Below, piece by piece: positions 9,271 through 17,411 of a stretch of 24,000 nucleotides of DNA. This DNA is from Waterburya sp. (GTDB taxonomy: Bacteria; Cyanobacteriota; Cyanobacteriia; Cyanobacteriales; Xenococcaceae). The position numbers and the translations under genes were made by a program. The stretch covers positions 610,458 through 634,457 of the forward strand of contig CBDCCL010000002.1 in the NCBI GenBank assembly GCA_965214815.1. The letters run 5' to 3'. Every line of letters starts with the position of its first letter. Positions within the stretch are counted from its first letter, which is position 1. The notes below the pieces were generated by a model that was given only the letters and a program-made list of their open reading frames with translations, did no database searches and was not told where the DNA came from.

Positions 9271-10140
9271 ATGGTAAAAGCAAAAATTGGCATCATCGGT
9301 GGTAGCGGTTTATACAAGATGGATGCTCTAGAAGATGTTCGCGAAGTAAAGCTATCGACACCTTATGGCGAACCTTCTGACGCTTTAATTGTCGGTCAGC
9401 TAGAAGGAACTACCGTAGCTTTTTTGGCTCGTCACGGACGCAATCACCATCTTTTACCTTCAGAATTACCTTTCCGAGCTAATATTCATGCGATGAAACA
9501 GCTAGGAGTAGAGTATATAATTTCTGCTTCTGCTGTCGGCTCTTTACAAGAAGCAGCAAAACCTTTGGATATAGTGATTCCCGATCAGTTTATCGATCGC
9601 ACTAAAAACCGCGCCTCTACTTTTTTTGGTGATGGGTTAGTAGCTCACATTGCGTTTGGCGACCCTGTTTGTGCCAATTTAGCCGATATTCTAGCTGATG
9701 CTGTAGAATTATTGGACTCTGAGATAAATTTACATCGCGGTGGCACTTATGTCTGTATGGAAGGTCCCGCATTTTCAACCCAAGCAGAATCTAATCTCTA
9801 TCGTAGTTGGGGGGCGACGGTTGTAGGAATGACCAATTTACCAGAGGCAAAATTAGCTAGAGAAGCCGAAATTGCCTACGCTACTCTAGCCTTGGTTACG
9901 GATTACGATTGTTGGCATCCCGACCACGACAGTGTAACCGTAGAAATGGTAATTGGTAATTTACAGCGCAATGCTATTAATGCCAGAGAAATTATTAAAG
10001 CAGCAGTAAAACGTCTAAATGCTAATCCACCCGAGTCTATCGCTCATTCTGCTCTCAAGTACGCTATTTTAACCCCCTTAGATAAAATTCCCGATCGAGC
10101 TAAAGAAAAAATGGAATTGTTAATTCAGAAATATCTGTAA
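9271..10140 (+). CDS. mtnP: S-methyl-5'-thioadenosine phosphorylase
   Basis: 289 aa with [19 protein letters not shown] and [18 protein letters not shown], motifs typical of the MTAP/PNP family. Confidence 0.92.
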   Translation: MVKAKIGIIGGSGLYKMDALEDVREVKLSTPYGEPSDALIVGQLEGTTVAFLARHGRNHHLLPSELPFRANIHAMKQLGVEYIISASAVGSLQEAAKPLDIVIPDQFIDRTKNRASTFFGDGLVAHIAFGDPVCANLADILADAVELLDSEINLHRGGTYVCMEGPAFSTQAESNLYRSWGATVVGMTNLPEAKLAREAEIAYATLALVTDYDCWHPDHDSVTVEMVIGNLQRNAINAREIIKAAVKRLNANPPESIAHSALKYAILTPLDKIPDRAKEKMELLIQKYL

Positions 10141-10153
10141 TTTATTGAGATTC

Positions 10154-10218
10154 ACGAAGTTAGAGGAAGCCCCGTCTTTCCAACAAAGGACTTGTCCGCA
10201 TGTCGGGGTCTCTCTGAC
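10154..10218 (+). repeat. GC-rich MITE-like / hairpin element, copy A
   Basis: It consists of ACGAAGTTAGAGGAAGCCCCGTC (10154-10176), 28 nt, then GGGGTCTCTCTGAC (10205-10218). The two ends form an imperfect inverted repeat. Both end blocks recur in inverted orientation at 13529-13621. Confidence 0.6.
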
Positions 10219-10241
10219 CGCTCGTACTTAAGATGAACTAA

Positions 10242-10697
10242 ATGAAGTATCTAAATTTTCTATTTGCTGTCGGAATAGCGATCGCTATATTGATTAATCT
10301 TTTATTTATACAGCCAACAGTAGCCCAATCTCTCTCGGTGAATCGAGAAGAAATAATTGAGATGGTCGAACGACAGGCTAGAGCTTGGGAATCGCAGGAC
10401 GTAACAGGGATTGTTGATGACTTTGCAGAAGACGCAGTTTTTATAGCTGCTGGTTTCAGGTTTGATGGTCAAGAGCAGATTGCTAAAGCAGCAAGAGATT
10501 ATTTTCAGCAGTTTCATCGTACTTCAGTGGAAATTAAACGGATTGTGATTGATGGCACTCAAGGAGCGGTGGAATGGGACTGGCGCGATCGCGAACGTCA
10601 ATCTAACAAGGAAGGCTTTGCAGAAGACGCGATTATTTTTGAACTGCAAGACGGAAAGATAGTTTACTGGCGTGAATATATCGAAAAGAAACTATAA
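10242..10697 (+). CDS. Secreted NTF2-like (SnoaL/DUF4440-like) protein
   Basis: 151 aa. The N-terminal signal-like segment ends in TVAQS. The remainder (AWESQDVTGIVDDFAEDAVF...GKIVYWREY) resembles the nuclear transport factor 2 / SnoaL fold family. Confidence 0.75.
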   Translation: MKYLNFLFAVGIAIAILINLLFIQPTVAQSLSVNREEIIEMVERQARAWESQDVTGIVDDFAEDAVFIAAGFRFDGQEQIAKAARDYFQQFHRTSVEIKRIVIDGTQGAVEWDWRDRERQSNKEGFAEDAIIFELQDGKIVYWREYIEKKL

Positions 10698-10740
10698 GCA
10701 CAGCTTATGTCTTACATTAAAAGAAACAATGTAATATACC

Positions 10741-10769
10741 TTGATAAAGTAGAAATACTTAGCTATTAT
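10741..10769 (+). promoter_or_regulatory. Candidate sigma70-type psbA promoter
   Basis: TTGATA (10741-10746), a 17-bp spacer, then TATTAT (10764-10769). It would give a 5' UTR of roughly 75-80 nt before the psbA ATG. Confidence 0.45.
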
Positions 10770-10853
10770 ATAAATGTAGGCAAAACAAGCAAATTATTTT
10801 ATACCGCTTGAGTCTACGAACCTCGAAAATTAAATAACGCAATCATATAACAA

Positions 10854-11936
10854 ATGACAACTACTTTACAAACACGCGAATCTCGCAGTGCTTGGGAGAA
10901 CTTCTGTCAGTGGATTACAAGCACAAACAACCGCATCTATGTTGGTTGGTTTGGTGTCTTGATGATTCCTACACTCCTAGCTGCAACCACTTGTTTCCTA
11001 ATCGCTTTCGTCGCAGCACCTCCTGTAGACATCGACGGTATCCGTGAGCCTGTAGCGGGTTCATTGATTTACGGAAACAACATCGTATCTGGTGCAGTAG
11101 TACCTAGCTCCAACGCTATCGGTCTACACTTCTACCCAATATGGGAAGCAGCATCATTAGACGAGTGGTTATACAATGGTGGTCCTTACCAGTTGATTAT
11201 CTTCCACTTCCTAATTGGTGTATTTTCATACCTCGGTCGTCAGTGGGAACTATCCTACCGCTTAGGAATGCGTCCTTGGATCTGTGTAGCATACTCTGCT
11301 CCCGTATCCGCAGCGACAGCAGTATTCCTAATCTATCCTTTAGGACAAGGATCTTTTTCCGATGGAATGCCTTTAGGAATCTCTGGAACATTCAACTTCA
11401 TGTTGGTCTTCCAAGCAGAACACAACATCCTAATGCACCCCTTCCATATGTTGGGAGTAGCAGGTGTATTCGGTGGTTCATTGTTCTCTGCAATGCACGG
11501 ATCTCTTGTAACATCTTCTTTAGTACGTGAAACAACTGAAACTGAATCACAAAACTACGGTTACAAATTCGGACAAGAAGAAGAAACTTACAACATCGTC
11601 GCAGCACACGGCTACTTCGGTCGTTTGATCTTCCAATATGCGAGTTTCAACAACAGCAGAAGTCTACACTTCTTCTTAGGTGCATGGCCAGTAATCGGAA
11701 TCTGGTTCACAGCAATGGGTATTTCCACCATGGCGTTCAACCTGAACGGATTCAACTTCAACCAATCAGTAATGGATTCTCAAGGACGTGTAGTCAACAC
11801 TTGGGCAGACATTCTAAACCGAGCTAACCTTGGTTTTGAGGTAATGCACGAGCGTAACGCACACAACTTCCCATTAGACTTGGCAAGTGGCGAGACTGCT
11901 CCCGTAGCACTAACCGCTCCAGTTATCAACGGTTAA
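10854..11936 (+). CDS. psbA: Photosystem II reaction-centre protein D1
   Basis: 360 aa, unmistakably D1. All Mn-cluster ligand contexts are present ([31 protein letters not shown]), followed by a 16-aa C-terminal extension after Ala344. Position 130 is Gln, and Gly80 and Phe158 are standard. Codon usage is distinct and C-ending. Confidence 0.98.
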   Translation: MTTTLQTRESRSAWENFCQWITSTNNRIYVGWFGVLMIPTLLAATTCFLIAFVAAPPVDIDGIREPVAGSLIYGNNIVSGAVVPSSNAIGLHFYPIWEAASLDEWLYNGGPYQLIIFHFLIGVFSYLGRQWELSYRLGMRPWICVAYSAPVSAATAVFLIYPLGQGSFSDGMPLGISGTFNFMLVFQAEHNILMHPFHMLGVAGVFGGSLFSAMHGSLVTSSLVRETTETESQNYGYKFGQEEETYNIVAAHGYFGRLIFQYASFNNSRSLHFFLGAWPVIGIWFTAMGISTMAFNLNGFNFNQSVMDSQGRVVNTWADILNRANLGFEVMHERNAHNFPLDLASGETAPVALTAPVING

Positions 11937-11970
11937 GTTAGTTGATTACTATCAGGTAATTAGTTAAATG

Positions 11971-12009
11971 AAAAAATGCTCTCTATTAATTTAGGGGGCA
12001 TTTTTTTTT
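11971..12009 (+). terminator. Rho-independent terminator of psbA
   Basis: The stem ATGCTCTC (11976-11983) pairs with GGGGGCAT (11994-12001), including G-U pairs, around a 10-nt loop. The T9 run at 12001-12009 begins with the final T of the right arm. Confidence 0.7.
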
Positions 12010-12052
12010 GCATTTAAATAATATTTAAATAATATCTGCCGAAAAACCAATA

Positions 12053-12088
12053 CTCGATCGATCTTGAAAATTTTTAAGATCGATCGAG
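12053..12088 (-). terminator. Near-perfect 36-bp palindrome, possible terminator of the 12150-13190 gene
   Basis: CTCGATCGATCTT, GAAAATTTTT, then AAGATCGATCGAG, giving 13-bp perfect arms. On the minus strand it is followed by TATTGGTTTTT. It lies 62 nt downstream of the minus-strand stop codon. Confidence 0.4.
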
Positions 12089-12149
12089 GCGACAGATTTA
12101 ATATAAAATAACGATTACGCTTCGCGATCGCGCCATGACATTGCTAATC

Positions 12150-13190
12150 TTAAATACGTTGTTGAATTTGTTCGGCACTATCGAGCAAAATCTGAGGGTT
12201 GGCCTGTTCGGGAGAAACAATATTAGCCGTTCCTGTAGCTTCAATGGTCACTTCTGGATTAATTAGCATATTTCTACCCGATACTGCTGTCGCTTCGTTA
12301 TTGTTCCAAATTCTGGCTAGCTTCTGGCGAATATTTTCAAACTCAGCCATGTTCTCAAAATTAATTAAAGTAAAGTAACGTTTGATTCCTTGAGTATCTA
12401 CTTCCATCGCATAGACATCAAACTTTAACTGGGGACTTTGAGGAAATTTAACCAAACTACCTGTTAGGGTTTTAGATTGACCATTCCAAGAAGCGATCGC
12501 ATCAAGGACTTCTATAGGCTGTTGTGCTGTAGTATCTAGCTGAAGATGTACTGGCTTTTGTGGATACTGCTGGATTTGATATGCCAGCTTAATAATATCT
12601 CCTCGATACAGGTTTTGAGTGTATTCTGTTGCCGTGACATATATTGGTAGCACAGCACCTTTATATCCTATGACTAAAATCTTACCGTCTTCACCAATAG
12701 CGTGTACTTGACCAGTTAGGCTAGTTTGCTCTTCTAATTCTTCGGGTATGCCCGTTCTTTGATAAGGAGCGAAACCTTCAGGCTGCGTCCAAGGTTCTAT
12801 AACCTGAATAGAATTGAGAGAGATATGTTTTTGAGGGCTTGGGTTAGCAATTATATCGCCTCGAACACAAACCAAATCGTGACGATTAAGCTGATTTAAT
12901 GTGTCCTGAACTGCTTTATCTTGAGGTATCAAAGAAAATTCACGATGACTAAAAAAATTATCTGGTTCTCGCACAGCCATGACGAACATTTGAGTATCGC
13001 TTGCTGCGCCATGAATTCTACCAACTAATCCTGTACTGGTTAATTCCTTAGATAAGCTTGCTATATCTAAACCCTGATAGGCTTCTGGATTATAGCTACA
13101 GGTATCGGGTGTAGAACTTAAAACTTTAGGAACAATTACCGTAATTAAAGAGAAACAAATTAATAAGGCGTATAAATATTTTTTGGTCAT
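12150..13190 (-). CDS. Secreted hypothetical protein with internal OB-fold-like repeats
   Basis: 346 aa with the signal-like N-terminus MTKKYLYALLICFSLITVIVPKVLSS. An internal repeat is visible: LVGRIHGA...VRGDIIANPSPQKHISL versus LTGQVHAI...YRGDIIKLAYQIQQYPQKPVHLQL. I recognise no family. Confidence 0.75.
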   Translation of the reverse strand: MTKKYLYALLICFSLITVIVPKVLSSTPDTCSYNPEAYQGLDIASLSKELTSTGLVGRIHGAASDTQMFVMAVREPDNFFSHREFSLIPQDKAVQDTLNQLNRHDLVCVRGDIIANPSPQKHISLNSIQVIEPWTQPEGFAPYQRTGIPEELEEQTSLTGQVHAIGEDGKILVIGYKGAVLPIYVTATEYTQNLYRGDIIKLAYQIQQYPQKPVHLQLDTTAQQPIEVLDAIASWNGQSKTLTGSLVKFPQSPQLKFDVYAMEVDTQGIKRYFTLINFENMAEFENIRQKLARIWNNNEATAVSGRNMLINPEVTIEATGTANIVSPEQANPQILLDSAEQIQQRI

Positions 13191-13504
13191 TAAAAATTTT
13201 GAAATAAAAACTGCTACATCAAATATCTTAAGCAGAAAAATATCTGTAGAACTGTTGCGTATGATTCTATCGAGTAAATTTGATGTATTTATTGAATGAG
13301 CATCTATAATAGTTGTCTAAAATTCATAAATATTACTATACACGACTGTAATGTCGGTACTAAATAGCTTTGAATAAACAGTAAAGTAACCTAATATTAG
13401 AGCAATTAAAACATAGTTTATAACTTTATAAAGGGAAACCAAGTTTAAATTTATTTCAGTTATAGCAATCGTAAATCATTTGTGAGAAGATTTTTTTTGA
13501 TAAA

Positions 13505-13622
13505 CCACGGAGGCAGGTCGAACACGGAGTCAGAGAGACCCCGCCTTAAAAAGCGCACCGCCCGCTCGGAGGTTTCCTCCGAGCGGGCGGTGCAAGTCGA
13601 CGGGGCTTCCTCTGACTTCGTC
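13505..13622 (-). repeat. GC-rich MITE-like element, copy B (inverted relative to copy A) with a nested perfect hairpin
   Basis: The reverse complement carries ACGAAGTCAGAGGAAGCCCCGTC (13599-13621) and GGGGTCTCTCTGAC (13529-13542). These match copy A with 1 mismatch in 23 nt and 0 in 14 nt. The interior holds an 18-bp perfect stem (13555-13572 pairing with 13576-13593, loop TTT). Confidence 0.6.
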
Positions 13623-13715
13623 AAGATAAGAGAGGGTTTCTTATAAATTATTCGGCGTTGCTATAAGTTTAATTCGGATAATATAACCATCCATAGCATT
13701 AAGCATAAATGTAAT

Positions 13716-13829
13716 ATGAATATAATTAATTTAGTTTATGGAGAAATTGAGTTTAAAGAAAGAATTGTTGACCCTTTAATTATAGATAATGGTGAAGTTT
13801 TACCATTGTCTAAGTGCATATGTTCATAG
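13716..13829 (+). CDS. Speculative 37-aa ORF (MNIINLVYGEIEFKERIVDPLIIDNGEVLPLSKCICS)
   Basis: An ATG-to-TAG ORF in the 770-bp AT-rich spacer. There is no recognisable SD or homology. It could be a gene fragment. Confidence 0.12.
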   Translation: MNIINLVYGEIEFKERIVDPLIIDNGEVLPLSKCICS

Positions 13830-13959
13830 AAAAAACAGCGTTAGTTAATTGCAACGACCTGCATAATTGCAAAAATAGTTAGTTTTAATAGACCTATAGC
13901 ATAAATTTTTTTTCGAGTTTGAGTCTTGCGGATTTTCAGAAGTCTAATACAACTTTTGG

Positions 13960-14559
13960 CTACCAAATTTTGGTAAGATCTAGTATAAAGCCAGATAATA
14001 GAGAATCGCCCGTGAGAGTCGAAGGATTATCGAGACACTTTACTTCAGCATCGGGTGTGTAAATATAAACCTGTTTCGCGCTACGATTTATCAACCAGCC
14101 AAGAGATGCACCATTATCTATATATTCCCTCATTTTTTCTTGAAGAATTTCGAGACTGTCACTAGAAGATCTTAATTCAACTACAAAATCGGGGTAAATC
14201 GGCGCAAATTTAGATTTTTGTTCGGGAGAAAGACTATTCCATCTATTCAATTTAATCCAGCTTGCATCGGGAGATCTAGTAGCACCATTAGGTAATATAA
14301 ATCCTGCCGAAGAATCAAAGCCAATTCCACTACCATCTCGATCCGTCCAGTTGGCTAATTGCTGAATTAATTTGAAGTTGCGATTCCCTGTTTCTGAACC
14401 TGTTGGTGGCATGATAATCAGTTTTCCTGTAGCGTTGCGTTCGATACGAAGGTGAGAATTAAGCTGACAGAAATCAAAGAAACTATCGGCGTTCAGTTCC
14501 CATGCAGGAGACATTTGCAACACTAAATAATTATTATCAGATACGGTCGATAGAGTCAT
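13960..14559 (-). CDS. Uma2-family (DUF820) putative endonuclease
   Basis: 199 aa with a typical Uma2 pattern: RIERNATGKLIIMPPTG, PDASWI and the PD-(D/E)xK-like PDFVVELRSSSD. The family is highly expanded in cyanobacteria. Confidence 0.9.
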   Translation of the reverse strand: MTLSTVSDNNYLVLQMSPAWELNADSFFDFCQLNSHLRIERNATGKLIIMPPTGSETGNRNFKLIQQLANWTDRDGSGIGFDSSAGFILPNGATRSPDASWIKLNRWNSLSPEQKSKFAPIYPDFVVELRSSSDSLEILQEKMREYIDNGASLGWLINRSAKQVYIYTPDAEVKCLDNPSTLTGDSLLSGFILDLTKIW

Positions 14560-14614
14560 AACTAAACAATCGAATACTTATTGTTTATTATAAGATGGGC
14601 TGTTTTGCTACCTA

Positions 14615-15343
14615 CTACAGAGGTTCGCGAGGTAAAAAGTCTGCTAGTCCTAAAAAGCTAATGCCTTGAGGCGTAATTTCAAATCGATAGGGTAAAACTT
14701 CTACCCCTTTGGCTACCGCTAAACGCAACAACTCCCCGTATTTAGGATCGCAAGAGTCGCTAGGGGCAAATGTATTACAATCTTCACGATTGATAAAATA
14801 CACCATTACAGCTTTAAGATCGGGAACTAAATCCGTTAGTTCTTGAAGATGTTTCTGTCCGCGAATGGTTATAGTGTCGGGAAACAAAGCTAAATTGTCT
14901 TTGCTAAGGGTTACGCTTTTAACTTCGACATATATTGCTGGTTGACTATCATTTCCTGTTAGTAAAAAGTCAACTCTGCTTTTTTTATCCTTACCATAGG
15001 GAACTTCAGAACGAACCTCACTATATCTTGTTGCTAATTCAGGAAACAGCTTTTGTTGCAGGGCTAATTTAACTACCCGATTTGGTATAGCTGTATTCGT
15101 TCCTACCCAGGTAGAACCAATCTGGATCATTTCCCAAGTATATGCCAGCTTGCGTTTGGGATTATCACTTTTGGATACTTGCACTTCTTTACCTGGAATA
15201 GCAATACCAGTCATCGGTCCAGTATTAGGACAATGAGCCGTAATTATTTCACCCGAATCTAGTTCAATATCAGCTAAAAACCTTTTATAACGTCGAATCA
15301 AGCGACCTGAGAAGAGAGTAGGATACTGATATATTAAATTCAT
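14615..15343 (-). CDS. sfsA: DNA/RNA nuclease SfsA (sugar fermentation stimulation protein homologue)
   Basis: 242 aa with the N-terminal RYKRFLADIELDSGEIITAHCPNTGPM and the C-terminal nuclease-like VDFLL...YVEVKSVTL. Confidence 0.93.
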   Translation of the reverse strand: MNLIYQYPTLFSGRLIRRYKRFLADIELDSGEIITAHCPNTGPMTGIAIPGKEVQVSKSDNPKRKLAYTWEMIQIGSTWVGTNTAIPNRVVKLALQQKLFPELATRYSEVRSEVPYGKDKKSRVDFLLTGNDSQPAIYVEVKSVTLSKDNLALFPDTITIRGQKHLQELTDLVPDLKAVMVYFINREDCNTFAPSDSCDPKYGELLRLAVAKGVEVLPYRFEITPQGISFLGLADFLPREPL

Positions 15344-15488
15344 AAGAGATCGCTAGACTTCGATAAAGCTAATTTTAGCAATATCTGCATCTATACATAG
15401 TTAGTTTTTTGCGATCGCAAAATATGAAATAATTATATTTAGATAGGTTGAGTAATTACTAAACACTAACTATTAGTAAAAATGTCCC

Positions 15489-16169
15489 ATGCCAGATCTT
15501 GATACTTTAATTTCTCAAGTACAGCAAGAAGCCCAAAGAGAAGAATTTCCTATAGATGTTCCCGTATACAAATCTGCTGGTATAGAACCGACAGAACCTA
15601 TTCTTTATGCGGGTAATTTAGCAAGTCCTCTATGTTTTTTTGGTCGCGACTTGGGTAAAGATGAAGTTCAGGCTCGTCAACCTTTAATTGGTGCTTCGGG
15701 AACTATGGTAAGACAGGGTTTTTATTATTCTGTATACAAACAAAAAGCACCTTCTAGAAAAGAGTTAGACGATACAACTATTGAAAGAGTTTTACTCTCT
15801 AATACTGTCCCTTATAAGCCCCCAGGAAATAAAGCTTATTTAGTCAAGGTAAAAAAAAGATTTCGTCCTTTTTTAGAACAATTATTTGTGTTTCACTGGC
15901 AAGGAAATCAGATGATTACTTTAGGGACAGAAGCCTTTAAATGGTTTGCTACTTATGGTGCTAAGGGCGAATTAGACAGTTTTTATCGTAGTGAAGATCG
16001 CTTTGAAAATAAACTAACAGTTAATGTGAGTGCCACAGACGATTTGGGAATGTCTCATACTAAAGCCATAACTTTATTACCTTTACCTCATCCATCTCCC
16101 CTCAATCAAAAATATTATGCTGCTTTCCCTAAAATGTTGCAGCAGCGGTTGGCACAGGTTGAGTTTTAA
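15489..16169 (+). CDS. Uracil-DNA glycosylase superfamily protein with atypical motif A
   Basis: 226 aa. FFGRDLGKDEVQARQPLIGASG occupies the position of the family-4 GE(A/G)PG...G.PF.G..G motif. NTVPYKPPGN and the motif-B-like LPHPSPLN are present. Confidence 0.8.
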   Translation: MPDLDTLISQVQQEAQREEFPIDVPVYKSAGIEPTEPILYAGNLASPLCFFGRDLGKDEVQARQPLIGASGTMVRQGFYYSVYKQKAPSRKELDDTTIERVLLSNTVPYKPPGNKAYLVKVKKRFRPFLEQLFVFHWQGNQMITLGTEAFKWFATYGAKGELDSFYRSEDRFENKLTVNVSATDDLGMSHTKAITLLPLPHPSPLNQKYYAAFPKMLQQRLAQVEF

Positions 16170-16469
16170 GACAAGGCGTTGGTCATTTTATGTATAACAG
16201 ACAAAATGTTTAGGTTTATAGCTATCAGCTATTAGCTGTTGACTCCTATAATTTAATTATCTAGCAAGAAAATTTGAAAATTCTCTTGTTTACCAACGTC
16301 GGAAACAAAAGCGATCGCGATATTTTGTCAGATGTTGCTGACAAAGTAAAGCATATATATTAAATATCTTTAAACTCTGTACTAGGATAAAACATGATAT
16401 CTTATTAATTAATAGATAAAATTTTGTTACGTTCGCTACAATTAGAGAAAAATTAGAGAAATAAAATTT

Positions 16470-17165
16470 ATGACTAGTAAGAAAACTGTTATTTCACCTT
16501 CGATTTTATCAGCAGATTTTAGCCGTTTAGGTGAAGAAATTAAAGCTGTAGATCGCGCTGGTGCAGATTGGATTCATATTGATGTAATGGATGGCAGATT
16601 CGTCCCAAACATTACAATTGGTCCAATGATTGTTAAAGCAGTTCGTCCTCTTACCGAAAAGCCTTTGGACGTTCATTTAATGATTGTCGAACCAGAAAAA
16701 TATGTAGAAGAATTTGCTAAGGCTGGCGCAGACATTATCACCGTTCACGCAGAACATAATGCTTCTCCACACCTACATCGTACTTTAGGACAAATTAAAG
16801 AGTTGGGCAAGCAGGCTGGAGTCGTATTGAACCCAGCAACTCCTCTATCTTTGATTGAGTATGCTTTACCTCTTTGCGATCTAATTTTGATCATGAGCGT
16901 CAACCCAGGTTTTGGCGGTCAAAGCTTTATTCCTGAAATGGTCGAGAAAATAGCCAGACTACGCAAAATGTGTGATGAAAAAGGATTAGACCCCTGGATT
17001 GAAGTTGATGGTGGAATAAAGCCTAACAATGCTTGGCAGGTTATAGAAGCTGGTGCAAATGCGATCGTCGCTGGTTCGGCGGTGTTTAAAGCTGACGACT
17101 ATGCTGAAGCTATTGAAGGTATTCGCAATAGCAAACGTCCTCAACCTGAATTAGCTACTGCCTAA
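16470..17165 (+). CDS. rpe: Ribulose-phosphate 3-epimerase
   Basis: 231 aa with [32 protein letters not shown] and VDGG, the classic RPE motifs. Confidence 0.97.
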   Translation: MTSKKTVISPSILSADFSRLGEEIKAVDRAGADWIHIDVMDGRFVPNITIGPMIVKAVRPLTEKPLDVHLMIVEPEKYVEEFAKAGADIITVHAEHNASPHLHRTLGQIKELGKQAGVVLNPATPLSLIEYALPLCDLILIMSVNPGFGGQSFIPEMVEKIARLRKMCDEKGLDPWIEVDGGIKPNNAWQVIEAGANAIVAGSAVFKADDYAEAIEGIRNSKRPQPELATA

Positions 17166-17198
17166 GTTAGTTTAAATAAAATTTATAGGCGATTACGC

Positions 17199-17275
17199 TC
17201 ACAGAGGCTACCGCCTCAAAGTCATGCTCCGCATGACGATGGCGCGTGAGCGCCGTTACGCTCCATGGCATCGCA
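17199..17275. repeat. GC-rich structured element downstream of rpe
   Basis: About 77 nt at roughly 60% GC in an AT-rich spacer. It contains nested complementarities: GCGAT with ATCGC, CGCTCAC with GTGAGCG, and the central hairpin GTCATGC-TCC-GCATGAC. TTACGCTC occurs twice. Confidence 0.4.
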
Positions 17276-17280
17276 AAAGC

Positions 17281-17322
17281 AAAAAAGATTCATTACCGAG
17301 CAGTGGAAGATGAATCTTTTTT
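17281..17322. terminator. Bidirectional Rho-independent terminator between convergent rpe and hemH
   Basis: The 9-bp stem AAGATTCAT (17285-17293) pairs with ATGAATCTT (17310-17318). An A-run lies upstream and a T6 run downstream, so it reads as a terminator on both strands. Confidence 0.65.
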
Positions 17323-17411
17323 ATTGCATATTCAAGCTGCATCTATAGTTTGAGTAACGGTGGGTTTTAAAACAAACGCAAAGCAAGCCAGATGTATTTA
17401 GCAGGCTTTTC

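Noticed and set aside
10302-10517. 71-aa minus-strand ORF, plus the similar in-gene ORFs 20699-20881 and 21274-21495
   Set aside because: They are antisense or alternative-frame ORFs within the NTF2-like, thiE and DUF1517-like CDS respectively. The last is an Ala/Val-rich translation of the Gly-rich repeat region read in another frame.
11141-11607. ORFs 11141-11530 (+), 11197-11391 (-) and 11398-11607 (-)
   Set aside because: These are alternative-frame or antisense ORFs inside psbA. The D1 frame is certain, and the biased codon usage of psbA suppresses stops in other frames.
13960-16169. Uma2 nuclease + SfsA nuclease + UDG-like gene cluster considered as a defence island
   Set aside because: All three families are broadly conserved in cyanobacteria, and Uma2 is massively multi-copy. 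No methyltransferase, helicase, ATPase, TIR/SIR2, toxin-antitoxin or other defence hallmark is adjacent. The UDG-like gene is on the opposite strand with its own spacer.
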